DNA of 28,295 nt, taken from positions 1 through 28,295 of IMG/VR virus record IMGVR_UViG_3300020042_003126. One strand, given 5' to 3'. The notes under the pieces are model-generated. The model was not told the DNA's origin. It saw nothing but the letters and a program-made list of their open reading frames with translations, and made no database searches. Positions 6,699 through 15,805 of this stretch are shown here, one piece after another (the first letter of the stretch is position 1; every line of letters starts with the position of its first letter). The translations under genes and the position numbers were made by a program. This DNA comes from a virus (Duplodnaviria; Caudoviricetes).

Positions 6699-7156
6699 TA
6701 TTTTTTAAATGGGTTGTATAATTTATCCAGGATCCAAAGTATAAAGAATAGAGCTATTCCACAGCCAAAGCCCCAAAAAAATAATTTCCAGTTTGTTTTA
6801 GCTTTAGTTAGCTGCACCTCTTTACGCTGCTCTTTAGCTTCCTTATATATGTACTTATATTTCAGTACATCCTGCTTTAATACCTTAGTCTTATACCTGT
6901 ACTCTATCCTAGTCTGATACCTGGTCTTAGGCATCTCTAGGATCTTAATAATAGTGTCTTTAGTCGTTATAAATTTCTCCCATACTATGGTATCACCAAC
7001 TATTACAGCCACACTATCTATAGTATTAATCTTTATCGTATCATTAGCTATACTTAGGCCATACTTAACTGCTTTCTTATAGTGGTATTGTGCTTTCTTA
7101 GCGTCTGAACAGCTAAATAGTAGGGATAGTACTATAAGGGGTAGTAAGTGTCTCAT
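6698..7156 (-). CDS. Unimolecular spanin candidate (lipoprotein with C-terminal TM)
   Basis: Lipobox-like signal MRHLLPLIVLSLLFS-C; C-terminal hydrophobic helix LFFWGFGCGIALFFILWIL; follows the endolysin. Confidence 0.65.
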   Translation of the reverse strand: MRHLLPLIVLSLLFSCSDAKKAQYHYKKAVKYGLSIANDTIKINTIDSVAVIVGDTIVWEKFITTKDTIIKILEMPKTRYQTRIEYRYKTKVLKQDVLKYKYIYKEAKEQRKEVQLTKAKTNWKLFFWGFGCGIALFFILWILDKLYNPFKK

Positions 7157-7800
7157 AAGGCTTCTAACATTGCTATCATTTTAGGACAAGGGTAGATGTC
7201 ACTCTTATCCTTTCTTACACTATTGTGTGTAAATATACCACTTTCTCCCCTTAAAGCACGTTTGTCTATATCAAAGATGGTAGTAAAGTAAGTGCGAGGT
7301 ATGCTATAAGTATCACAAAGGTAAACAAGCAGCTGCCGAGTAGACTCAATCTGAGCATCTGTATAAGACTGCCAGTATATATGCCCTTTGTATTTCTGAT
7401 CTAAAAAAGTAACTTTAGTATAGTCTACCTTGCCACCTACATAGTTGTAATAATAGCCATTCCTTTTAGTAAGTGGCCCATAGTTACAGATCTCTATACC
7501 TACAGATATTTTATCTAAACTTTGATAAGAAACTCCTGCCTCTGTGAATACTTCCTGCTTGAGGCCCAGGTGATAAGCCCAATGTTTAGAACTAAAGCAC
7601 TGTACAATTGTACCATTAGCACCTATGATAAAAGCAGTGGCTACCTTACCCTCTTTGTTGTTAAAAAACCTAGCTACAGAAACTGCATCAGGTCCACCTG
7701 CTGTATGGTGTAGGTATATTTGTTTTTTTGGGTGAGTCTCTTGTATATACTGGTTACTATCCAGCCTCTCCTGTACTATCTTTGTTAGATCTAACTCCAT
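7153..7800 (-). CDS. Endolysin, N-acetylmuramoyl-L-alanine amidase (Amidase_2)
   Basis: IYLHHTAG, SVGIEI, YTDAQI and THNSVRKDKSD zinc-amidase motifs. Confidence 0.9.
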   Translation of the reverse strand: MELDLTKIVQERLDSNQYIQETHPKKQIYLHHTAGGPDAVSVARFFNNKEGKVATAFIIGANGTIVQCFSSKHWAYHLGLKQEVFTEAGVSYQSLDKISVGIEICNYGPLTKRNGYYYNYVGGKVDYTKVTFLDQKYKGHIYWQSYTDAQIESTRQLLVYLCDTYSIPRTYFTTIFDIDKRALRGESGIFTHNSVRKDKSDIYPCPKMIAMLEAL

Positions 7801-8248
7801 CTATATCTCCTTTTATTAGTTTAGCCCTTGCAAACAGATTGCGTAGAGCAGTCCATATATCTATATTTTTAACTGCCTTATAATTTTCACTTATAGAGAT
7901 GACTTCTAGGCTTACAAGCACTAGAGATAGTATCTTTGTGACCATTAAAGGTACAGAAAAGAATTTTAAAATTATCTGATTTAATATAAAGCTATCTATT
8001 AGGTACGTTAAAATAACAGCCACCTCATATAGAAATAACTTAGACACAATAGCTGATAAGCCACGTGATGTGATTGGTATTTTTAACTTTCTTGACTTCC
8101 ATATACCTGTAATAGTATCTACTATGATAGCAAAAGCTATAAGAAATAATATACCTGATATCGGTAAAAAGAATGAACCAATAACGGCTAAAAGTTGGAT
8201 GATATATTTATCAATGGTTAAGAGTAAGATAGATAGTTGTAGTTTCAT
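7757..8248 (-). CDS. Holin (phage holin family 4-like)
   Basis: Multiple TM segments, DTITGIWKS...ITSRGL and E..SISEN motifs; upstream of the endolysin. Confidence 0.8.
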   Translation of the reverse strand: MKLQLSILLLTIDKYIIQLLAVIGSFFLPISGILFLIAFAIIVDTITGIWKSRKLKIPITSRGLSAIVSKLFLYEVAVILTYLIDSFILNQIILKFFSVPLMVTKILSLVLVSLEVISISENYKAVKNIDIWTALRNLFARAKLIKGDIDGVRSNKDSTGEAG

Positions 8249-8811
8249 AAGATAAGAATAGAATTATTATAGCCATTCTCTCTGAAAGTTCCACAGTTGC
8301 CTATGCATACATTGTTATATTGATTGATGCAGCTACAGTTATTAAACATAGGCCGTAGATCTGTATCCATGTTAGTGGTAGAAATAAAGAGAGGGAAGAG
8401 TGCTCTGTTAGTTAGCAGCCATCGGATCAGTCTCTGCTCAAAGAAACTAGCTTTTTGTGCATAATGCTCCATTCCAAAGGCCACCTCATTACGTGATACA
8501 CTAGCAGAGTAATCACCGTTTTGAGTTTGCAAACCTTTGTTCTTAAGTTGGTAGGTTAGACCAAAAACAGCATCCTCTGCAGATCTCCAAGCTATCACTG
8601 GCTGTATGAACTCAACTAAATCTATCTCATCAGGCAGAAGTGCCTGAGCATTATACTGAGTTAGCAAGTAGTTATAGAAAGTAGTACCTAGTATAGGTTG
8701 TATTCTTAAGGCTGCCTGAGTAGCTATGTATGGTGTTACATCTGTTACATCCACATTCGCTGTAATAGGGGTGTTAACCTTTAGGTAGGTTTCAGTTATA
8801 AAATATAGCAT
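8245..8811 (-). CDS. Head-tail adaptor/connector
   Basis: Follows the portal; YFITETYLK..TPI..NVD...PYI..Q...IQPILGT pattern typical of Bacteroidota phage adaptors. Confidence 0.6.
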   Translation of the reverse strand: MLYFITETYLKVNTPITANVDVTDVTPYIATQAALRIQPILGTTFYNYLLTQYNAQALLPDEIDLVEFIQPVIAWRSAEDAVFGLTYQLKNKGLQTQNGDYSASVSRNEVAFGMEHYAQKASFFEQRLIRWLLTNRALFPLFISTTNMDTDLRPMFNNCSCINQYNNVCIGNCGTFRENGYNNSILIL

Positions 8812-10151
8812 TATACAGTGGGTGTTATAGGGGTTGCTACTATAGCAGCAGCTGCTGCACTTTGTGTTACATCACCACCATCAATAGGAGGAAGGGATGC
8901 TAAGGCTCTCACCTCATTAATTGTCATAGTTTCTAATACTTTGGTAGCTACCAATGGGCTAAGGCTGTTAAGTGCATCATTAGTTTTAGAAGTATCACCC
9001 TCTAGCTCTACGATATTCTCATTAATTACTTGGAAGTTATTGATAGTAAACTCAGCAGGTATCTTAGAGATGGTTAGTAACTCATTAAAGATATGCTGTA
9101 CACAAGCTCTAAGCTCCATTACTACATTTTTCTCAAAGATCACATAAGCCTGCTTAATATCTGCACCACCTCCTAAGGATCCTGTGGTACGTACACCCAT
9201 TAAGATAGGATCTATTGTGTGAGCAAAGCATATCTGTTCTGTATTAAGTTGTGATGCCTCTTGGAATAGCTTATCATTATTATTATTAGGCATAGCCTCT
9301 ATCTTAGGTAACTGATCCTGTGAGTTTGCAAAGAATGCAACAGCTTTACCTGCATTGGCAGCCCCTTTCATTCTGTCAATAGTCTCTTTAATCATGTGCT
9401 TCTCCTCCTCTGATTGTGGTCGTTTAGGGAACATCATAGCAAAGGATGGAAATACACTATTTTGAATATTAGACTTAGCAAAGTAGCTTAGCTCCCCTGA
9501 TAAGAAAGCAAAGTTAAGACAGCTTGTATATTGTGGTAGTGAATAGTGGTCCTGGCCTATTGATTTAATCTCATAGCAGTATAACTGCTCATAGTCAGTG
9601 TTAGCTATGTGGTATGGCTTAATCTCTTGTATGCCTATCCTCCTGGACCAATCATCACAAATAAAATACATTCTCTTATCTGCACTTACTCGCACCTTCT
9701 CAGGTGATACATTCTCTATCCTAGTAATCTTTTTACCTTGACCATAGCAAATCTTAAAATACACCCTATTGTGGATGATGAGCTGCTTAGTGACAGCCTT
9801 AACAATATGCTTAAGATTAATTTTCCTTTCAAAAGTATAAAGCTCTAATTTTTCAACAGTAGTTAGTAGATCAGTTTTAAGTGCAAAGCCACCACCTATC
9901 ACTGCATTAGTTTTGAAGTCCACTATGGCACCATGTAAGGGGCTAGCGTAGTACATCTGATTAAGCATACTTGGATACAAGTTCTCAGCTCCAAAATTAA
10001 TCCACATATTAGCACTGTACCTACTATCTACATAAGGGAGTGTTAGGTTACCTGGTCCAACAGGCATAAATGGGGTGCTAAAGGATTGATAGCCTTCTAC
10101 TACCTCAGGAGCTGTGCTCTCTTTCTTAAAAAAATTGTTATACCATGCCAT
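8811..10151 (-). CDS. Portal protein
   Basis: 446 aa; FGAENLYP, SPLHGAI, ICFAHTIDPILMG and MTINEVRALASLPP (portal C-terminal motif). Confidence 0.85.
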   Translation of the reverse strand: MAWYNNFFKKESTAPEVVEGYQSFSTPFMPVGPGNLTLPYVDSRYSANMWINFGAENLYPSMLNQMYYASPLHGAIVDFKTNAVIGGGFALKTDLLTTVEKLELYTFERKINLKHIVKAVTKQLIIHNRVYFKICYGQGKKITRIENVSPEKVRVSADKRMYFICDDWSRRIGIQEIKPYHIANTDYEQLYCYEIKSIGQDHYSLPQYTSCLNFAFLSGELSYFAKSNIQNSVFPSFAMMFPKRPQSEEEKHMIKETIDRMKGAANAGKAVAFFANSQDQLPKIEAMPNNNNDKLFQEASQLNTEQICFAHTIDPILMGVRTTGSLGGGADIKQAYVIFEKNVVMELRACVQHIFNELLTISKIPAEFTINNFQVINENIVELEGDTSKTNDALNSLSPLVATKVLETMTINEVRALASLPPIDGGDVTQSAAAAAIVATPITPTV

Positions 10152-10153
10152 AG

Positions 10154-10504
10154 TTAATCGTATATTGAGGTGCCTACTGGCCCACTTACCACCATTCTAC
10201 CCTCTTCTATCACTACTCCTGTGGATTGTGCAATAGTTAAAGGTAGTACATAGGGTACTGAGCTCTGATAAATCTGATATATAAACTGCCCTTGCAATAA
10301 TGGAATATCTACAGGCTCATTAAGCACAAAGAGATTGTATCTCTCAGGGTATAAGCTAATATCTGCAGTTGTGAATAGCTCAGTAACTGATAGAGTATTC
10401 ATTTCATTAGTGAAAGCAAATAGATAATGAGGGGTGGGTACAGTAGTAACCTCTGTTAATGTTAAAACTATTTGATTGACTACCCCCTGTTCAATGTATA
10501 TCAT
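10154..10504 (-). CDS. Virion structural protein (116 aa; head completion candidate)
   Basis: Start revised to 10504 (MIYIEQG), directly after the late promoter motif; the track's extension runs into a terminator. Confidence 0.6.
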   Translation of the reverse strand: MIYIEQGVVNQIVLTLTEVTTVPTPHYLFAFTNEMNTLSVTELFTTADISLYPERYNLFVLNEPVDIPLLQGQFIYQIYQSSVPYVLPLTIAQSTGVVIEEGRMVVSGPVGTSIYD

Positions 10505-10516
10505 ACCTATATTATA
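10505..10516 (-). promoter_or_regulatory. Late promoter motif TATAATATAGGT (portal-lysis operon)
   Basis: One of five copies; abuts ATG; immediately downstream of a terminator. Confidence 0.7.
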
Positions 10517-10541
10517 GGATAGCTTGTAAATAATTATAAAT

Positions 10542-10568
10542 AAAAAAAGCCCCACAATCTGCAGGGCT
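10542..10568 (-). terminator. Intrinsic terminator after the major tail protein gene
   Basis: AGCCCUGCA-GAU-UGUGGGGCU stem followed by a U-run. Confidence 0.8.
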
Positions 10569-10588
10569 AATTTTAGAGAAGCAATAGA

Positions 10589-11137
10589 TTAAACTAAACC
10601 TAAGGTTGTGTAAGCACCAGCATTAGCTAGATTAACCTCTAAAGCTAAAGCCTCATTCTCAGCTACCAAAGTAAGCGTGTACTTAGAACCATCAGCTCTG
10701 GCTGTACCTGATCCTTCACCTGTAGCAGTAAGCTGCATGAAAGGGAAGTACCAATATTTGCCATTAGCATCTAATACTACCACTGAAAGATACTGCTGTC
10801 CTGATCCTAAAATTTTAAGAGCATTAGACTTAGCCATTTCTCTTCTATGAAATACTAAATTGATAGTTTGTGTTACAAAAGTAGAACCATTGATAAGATC
10901 AACAGCTGTTTCTTCTGTGTAGTTTGATGTATTTCTGCGAATGAAAAAACTTGTAAAAGTAGTAGTAGGTGGTGCTGGAGATAGCGTTATAGCTGTTACC
11001 TCATAGTCAGGAAAAGTTGTATTTTCAGTAACTACATCTATATTATCCTGTGGAACAATCCACGCCTGATATATTCCTCCTTGGTTCCCGTCGCATGATT
11101 TTGCAATCTCCTCAAGAGCTGCGCATAAATTTGGCAT
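10589..11137 (-). CDS. Major tail (tube) protein
   Basis: N-terminal C...C..NQGGI, FVTQTINLVF, LDANGKYW and GSGTARADGSKYTLTL pattern of Bacteroidota siphovirus tube proteins. Confidence 0.7.
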   Translation of the reverse strand: MPNLCAALEEIAKSCDGNQGGIYQAWIVPQDNIDVVTENTTFPDYEVTAITLSPAPPTTTFTSFFIRRNTSNYTEETAVDLINGSTFVTQTINLVFHRREMAKSNALKILGSGQQYLSVVVLDANGKYWYFPFMQLTATGEGSGTARADGSKYTLTLVAENEALALEVNLANAGAYTTLGLV

Positions 11138-11154
11138 ATTTATAAGTTTTATAT

Positions 11155-11174
11155 AAAGGGGGTTGCCCCCCTCT
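11155..11174 (-). terminator. GNRA-capped hairpin / weak terminator between capsid and tail-tube genes
   Basis: AGAGGGGG-GCAA-CCCCCUUU followed by AUAU. Confidence 0.55.
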
Positions 11175-11185
11175 ATGAATTAATA

Positions 11186-12142
11186 TTAATTGTAATAAAC
11201 GATGTCACCTGGATTAACATAGCTAAATCCTACTTTCATGTTAGCACGTGTTCTGATAACTGGCTCAGCAACAGTATCTGCTAAGTTTACAGCACGTAAG
11301 TCAGAAGAGTCACCTTCACCATCAAATGCATAGATAAGGTTGTCTTTCAAAGTGATAACAAATTTATTGTTAGACATACCTGGACAAAGAACTATTTTGA
11401 TACCTAAGTAAGTCAAAGATAGATCCTGAGTAATATATGCATTAGTGTTACCTGAAGCTACACCTAATCGGTAGATATTAACCAATTGAGTAGGCATGTA
11501 GATACGCAAGTCAGCAGTTCTAGAAGCAATAGTAGCAGGAACCAAAGCAAATGCAGTTTCTAAAGCATCACCTAATTCACCAACACCTGAGAATGTAGTG
11601 ATACTACCTGAACCACCATTGATAACTGGAGTAATTCCTGGGCCAGGAGCCAAGCCTGTATCTAATAGAAATTCGTAACCATCACACAAAGCAAGTTGTG
11701 GGTTAGCAGAACCTGTCCAACCTTTCCATCTTAACTCTTCAATTTGACCTGCAATAGCGTTTGCCATTTCAGACCAGTAAAAGTTAAAGAAAGAAGCTAC
11801 TGTAAAATCTCCATTAGATCCTGCTGCCATTTGTAAAGATACAAAAGACTGCTCTAGATCAAATTGACACACCTGTGCAAGAGCTGATAGCGCACATACA
11901 TCTACCTCATGTGAACTCAAATCATCTGTATTCAAGTTAGGGAAGTTACAAGGGGATGCAGCTAGTAAGCCTGTACCAAAAGTAACTGTACCAATTTTAG
12001 TTTTGTACTTAATACCAGGTAAAGTACGGAAGTTATCAGGAATTTCACTACCTGAAAGGTAAGCTTGAGCATAAAACGCATCAGCGTTTGGTGCCAATAA
12101 TGCAGAAGCATCAATGTTTAAATCAAATCTTAGTTTTCTCAT
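11186..12142 (-). CDS. Major capsid protein (HK97 fold presumed)
   Basis: 318 aa, directly downstream of the protease/scaffold; size and EMANAIA..IE..RW.G pattern fit a capsid protein. Confidence 0.8.
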   Translation of the reverse strand: MRKLRFDLNIDASALLAPNADAFYAQAYLSGSEIPDNFRTLPGIKYKTKIGTVTFGTGLLAASPCNFPNLNTDDLSSHEVDVCALSALAQVCQFDLEQSFVSLQMAAGSNGDFTVASFFNFYWSEMANAIAGQIEELRWKGWTGSANPQLALCDGYEFLLDTGLAPGPGITPVINGGSGSITTFSGVGELGDALETAFALVPATIASRTADLRIYMPTQLVNIYRLGVASGNTNAYITQDLSLTYLGIKIVLCPGMSNNKFVITLKDNLIYAFDGEGDSSDLRAVNLADTVAEPVIRTRANMKVGFSYVNPGDIVYYN

Positions 12143-12152
12143 TGTTTGTTTT

Positions 12153-13115
12153 TTATTTGTTATTGTTAAATTTATTAAACATACTCAATTTTTGTTGTGC
12201 ACTCAAAGCCACAACCTCCTCAACTACCTCTTCTTCGCCATCAACAGATAAAGCATCTTCTAATTGTGCCTTTAAATCTGCGATCATAGCTACGATATTA
12301 TTAACTTCTGCATCTAAAGCAGGCTTAACTATTGCTAGTATTGCCTCAGCATCTAGGACAGGATCTACAGCCATTGTCTCCTCCTCTACAACTTCCTCTT
12401 CGACAACTGTATCTTCTAGGGCTACCTCTTCAGAGGCCTCCACTACTTCAGCATCTCTTATCTCAGTAATCTCACCGTCTACTACGACATAGATTTTACC
12501 CTCGATAGTGTGCTCTCCATCAGGTAATTTGTTCATATTTATATCTGTTTTTAATTGTGTTACCTCTTTTAATTTCATGCCTAAATAACCTTCTATTGAA
12601 AAGCCTACCTGATCATTATCTACTAAGTGATTATAGTACTCAACATCAGTTACCTGAGCTGTTACCATTAAGGTACCTGTAGGCACTTCTATACCAAAGC
12701 TAGAGTATGCCTTATCTTTAAGGGGGCTATCTACAATCCATGCTTCCAAAATATATGCTGGTACAGTCTCAGTAGTATCATGCTCTAAATTGAACAGATC
12801 CTTATTAGACATATCACGCATAAACTTTGCATGAATTTTCTCTATCTCCTCCTTAGTAAACTTAACATAGTACTCCTTACCATCCTCATCATCCTTCCTA
12901 TAGATCTCCATAGGTATAAGAGCAGGTGCCACAATACGATACTTAACATTATCCTTAAATATCATTTGCTTAACCTGAGAATTGAAAGCCATCCCCATTA
13001 CTTTGATAGCAGGAGTGGATGTAAAAGCTATCTGCTCTATACCTAAATCCTCCCCATTTTCAGAGTATTCAGGATCAATCGTAATTTTGTATATTGGTAA
13101 ATTATCTTTAGCCAT
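12153..13115 (-). CDS. Prohead protease (XkdF-like) with acidic C-terminal scaffold region
   Basis: IAFTSTPAI, APALIP..IYR, FNLEH, EAWIV and GFSIEG motifs; E/V-rich tail. Start revised to 13115. Confidence 0.8.
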   Translation of the reverse strand: MAKDNLPIYKITIDPEYSENGEDLGIEQIAFTSTPAIKVMGMAFNSQVKQMIFKDNVKYRIVAPALIPMEIYRKDDEDGKEYYVKFTKEEIEKIHAKFMRDMSNKDLFNLEHDTTETVPAYILEAWIVDSPLKDKAYSSFGIEVPTGTLMVTAQVTDVEYYNHLVDNDQVGFSIEGYLGMKLKEVTQLKTDINMNKLPDGEHTIEGKIYVVVDGEITEIRDAEVVEASEEVALEDTVVEEEVVEEETMAVDPVLDAEAILAIVKPALDAEVNNIVAMIADLKAQLEDALSVDGEEEVVEEVVALSAQQKLSMFNKFNNNK

Positions 13116-13127
13116 ACCTATATTATA
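13116..13127 (-). promoter_or_regulatory. Late promoter motif TATAATATAGGT (head operon)
   Basis: Exact copy abutting the ATG at 13115. Confidence 0.7.
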
Positions 13128-13135
13128 ATTATTCA

Positions 13136-13143
13136 TATATTTG
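13136..13143 (+). promoter_or_regulatory. Host-type -7 element (TATATTTG) for the plus-strand gene pair
   Basis: Perfect TAnnTTTG 14 nt upstream of the ATG at 13158. Confidence 0.65.
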
Positions 13144-13157
13144 TAAAAAAATTAACT

Positions 13158-13712
13158 ATGATAAATTTATTAGGTAGGGATATCCCTAACAAAGTGGATG
13201 AGTTGACTATAGAACAGTTCGAGCTCATTACAGAAATCAGTAATAACCAAGAGATTGATCCTATAGATAGGTACCTGCAGATATTCACAGCTCTAGGGAT
13301 ACCTGAAAAGGAATTTTTTGACTATGATGTGGCCGATTTCATTACTATAGTAAAGGAGTTTAATGATGGAAATAATAATACTAAGCCATCTGATCCAGTT
13401 GGTACAATAGAGCTAGATGGTTATTCTTATTCTGCAGAGTTAAAGCTAACAGTAAGAGAGACAAAGATAATAGAAAAGATAGCTATCAATAAACCTAAGG
13501 GATACATCTCTGATATACTAGCTGTTATGTTTAAGAGAAATGATCTTACTAATGCTGAGCACTATGCTGAGGCACATCTTAAGCTAAAAGCAAAACTAAT
13601 CAAAGGCCTTACGGCAGATATAGCCATCCCATATCTTATGTTTATAGCCAACAAAATCAAAGCACAAGTGCCTGAAGCAAATGAAACTATTACTACCGAA
13701 GCAGTGGAGTGA
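13158..13712 (+). CDS. Hypothetical protein, tail-assembly-chaperone-like, paralog 1
   Basis: IPNKVDELTIEQF N-terminus; similar to the next ORF. Confidence 0.6.
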   Translation: MINLLGRDIPNKVDELTIEQFELITEISNNQEIDPIDRYLQIFTALGIPEKEFFDYDVADFITIVKEFNDGNNNTKPSDPVGTIELDGYSYSAELKLTVRETKIIEKIAINKPKGYISDILAVMFKRNDLTNAEHYAEAHLKLKAKLIKGLTADIAIPYLMFIANKIKAQVPEANETITTEAVE

Positions 13713-14421
13713 GATAACTGTTGATAAGTTTATAGAAATATATGAGATAGATAAAGAGCTAGGACCTTCACACTATAATAGTGAGATACTCTCTATCATC
13801 ACAGATGAGCCTATAGAGACTATTGAGGATTTAGAGATAGATATCCTTAATGCTTATATAGACCAGTGCAAATGGGCCCTGTCTCAACCATCTAAACAAT
13901 ACAAGCAAAAGCTTTTTGGGATGCAGCTAAAGCCATTATCTAAGCTAACTGTGTTTGAGTATATAGACCTAGATCACTATTTTACTAATAACTATGTTAC
14001 TAATATAGATAAGATCTGTGCCATCCTTTACAGGCAATCTAAAGTTAATAGATGGGGTGAGGAGATACTAGAGCCTTATGAGTATGATATTAGTGTAAGA
14101 GCTGAGAAGTTTCTAGACCTACCAATTACAGATGTGTATGGTATTATCAATGAGTTTATAAAGTTTAGGGAGAAGTTTCTAGATATATACGCTAATCTTT
14201 TTGGGGAGGTAGATGGTGAAATAACTGCAGAAGAGAGAGATACCCTAGATGCTGATGAGATAAAAAATATTGAGCAGGAAAAAAAAGAGAGTAAGTGGAG
14301 CTGGGAGCGTATGCTGTATGGCCTTACAGGTGGTGATATTACTAAGACAGAAGCAGTGGGATCACTACCCCTTACCTATGTTTTCAATGTCTTAGGCATG
14401 AAAAAAGAATTAGACATCTAA
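13681..14421 (+). CDS. Hypothetical protein, tail-assembly-chaperone-like, paralog 2
   Basis: LPKQWSEITVDKF N-terminus; C-terminal KWSW..MLYGLTGGDITK.E.V..LPL motif. Confidence 0.6.
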   Translation: MKLLLPKQWSEITVDKFIEIYEIDKELGPSHYNSEILSIITDEPIETIEDLEIDILNAYIDQCKWALSQPSKQYKQKLFGMQLKPLSKLTVFEYIDLDHYFTNNYVTNIDKICAILYRQSKVNRWGEEILEPYEYDISVRAEKFLDLPITDVYGIINEFIKFREKFLDIYANLFGEVDGEITAEERDTLDADEIKNIEQEKKESKWSWERMLYGLTGGDITKTEAVGSLPLTYVFNVLGMKKELDI

Positions 14422-14880
14422 GGGAAAGCCTTGGATAAAATCAGGAGGTGCAAATAATGCCTCAAATGTGTACACTAATTTCTGCTGTTTTTCTAAGACT
14501 TTAATAGCTTCTACTAATGGATATTTTTTAGTAAGCCAATCAGTATACTGAGAGTATATCTCAGCTGTGATACCCTTCGCTGCTAACTCACTTGTGAATT
14601 GAGATACAAAATCTCTAGGTGCAATGCTTCCACCATTAGGCCCATATTGGTTGCTAGTTTCAGGCACTCCATTATTTAAAAAGATGAAGTAATAAGCTGC
14701 TACTATTTGTATCTCTAATTTTTGAAAACCTGTTATTTTTGCGTTAATCCTGATACTGCTAACAAGTGTACCCTCACTATATTCACCTAATTCATTATCT
14801 ACAATTCTCTTAAGTATGTTAGCCATCTTTCTCCTAGTAGGGTAGAGCACATTAAATTCACCTGTGTTAGCGTATGCCAT
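14410..14880 (-). CDS. Putative neck/tail completion protein (HK97 gp10-like)
   Basis: GTLVSSI, YFIFLNNG and IAPRDF motifs. Start revised to 14880 (MAYANTG). Confidence 0.5.
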   Translation of the reverse strand: MAYANTGEFNVLYPTRRKMANILKRIVDNELGEYSEGTLVSSIRINAKITGFQKLEIQIVAAYYFIFLNNGVPETSNQYGPNGGSIAPRDFVSQFTSELAAKGITAEIYSQYTDWLTKKYPLVEAIKVLEKQQKLVYTFEALFAPPDFIQGFPLDV

Positions 14881-14881
14881 C

Positions 14882-15016
14882 TTATAAGTCTTTAAAAATA
14901 TCCATACTATCATCTACTAGGATGATGCCCTTATCAGTTTCTACATGGAGCTGAGTATCATTCAATTTCTCAACAGGTCCAGTGATGGTATAGGTTTCTC
15001 CATTTATTTCAAACAT
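14882..15016 (-). CDS. Small protein after the tail fibre (44 aa)
   Basis: MFEINGETYTITGPVEKLNDTQLHVETDKGIILVDDSMDIFKDL; fills the gap and overlaps the fibre stop. Confidence 0.6.
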   Translation of the reverse strand: MFEINGETYTITGPVEKLNDTQLHVETDKGIILVDDSMDIFKDL

Positions 15017-15776
15017 ATGCAAATACTTTGTATATATCTACATTCGCTACATCAGATGTATTTTGGCACTGCATAGCAAAGATAATATATTGATTAACTG
15101 TTCTATTAAAGGTACTGGTTAGTATGGTTCCTGTAGTATATTCTGAGAAGGTAGTACCTACCATTGTTCTGAGGCTAGTACCATCATAGCTGTAGTTACG
15201 TTCACAATATCCTACGTAGTTAGAGCCTCCCCCATTCATGGTGAACACTCCACTAATCAATGAGGCACCAGTCAAGCTGTTGGTAGTGTTGGTGTATATC
15301 CTACCATATATCTGCCCTAGGTTAGATGTTTGCCTGTACATCCTGAAAACAAGTTGTAGAATATTATTACTGTTCAAAGTATTAGCAGGTATCAATAGTG
15401 AGTGGCTTATAGTCACAGTGTTAGTCACTGATGGCGTTCCTAGTATACCACTATATCCTAGTAGCATAGGTCCTATGGTTACATTACCACTACCTACTAA
15501 TGAATTGCCATTAATACTCTTAATGTTTGTAGTACTTACTAGTGTGTCCTGCTTAGCGTTCAATGCATTCTGCAAATCAGTCTGTGTTGATAGCGTTCCT
15601 GTGATACCTCCCCAAGTTGCACCACCACCACTGGCTCCTGCTATTATCTGAGCACCTGTAATAGTATTATTGACTTCATTACCATTAATGATAGAAGTAC
15701 AATCTAGCAGATCAGTTGCTTGTAAATTGCCTATATGTGCTGGAGCTGTTTGCCTCCAATTTCCCCACCATCCCAT
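15009..15776 (-). CDS. Tail fibre / receptor-binding protein
   Basis: WGGITGTLSTQTDLQNALNAKQDTLVS...IKSINGNSLVGSGNV fibre shaft motif; T/S/N/G-rich C-terminal domain. Confidence 0.7.
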   Translation of the reverse strand: MGWWGNWRQTAPAHIGNLQATDLLDCTSIINGNEVNNTITGAQIIAGASGGGATWGGITGTLSTQTDLQNALNAKQDTLVSTTNIKSINGNSLVGSGNVTIGPMLLGYSGILGTPSVTNTVTISHSLLIPANTLNSNNILQLVFRMYRQTSNLGQIYGRIYTNTTNSLTGASLISGVFTMNGGGSNYVGYCERNYSYDGTSLRTMVGTTFSEYTTGTILTSTFNRTVNQYIIFAMQCQNTSDVANVDIYKVFAYV

Positions 15777-15788
15777 ACCTATATTATA
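15777..15788 (-). promoter_or_regulatory. Late promoter motif TATAATATAGGT (fibre operon)
   Basis: Exact copy abutting the ATG at 15776. Confidence 0.7.
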
Positions 15789-15805
15789 TTATAGTTTATA
15801 TTTAG

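Noticed and set aside
13158-14421. Programmed -1 frameshift joining the two chaperone-like ORFs, or an invertible cassette
   Set aside because: The second ORF is in the +1 frame with its own ATG, and there is no canonical slippery heptamer in the overlap. No flanking inverted repeats or recombinase gene were seen.
15009-15776. Diversity-generating retroelement target in the tail fibre
   Set aside because: No reverse transcriptase gene, and no template/variable repeat pair was seen.
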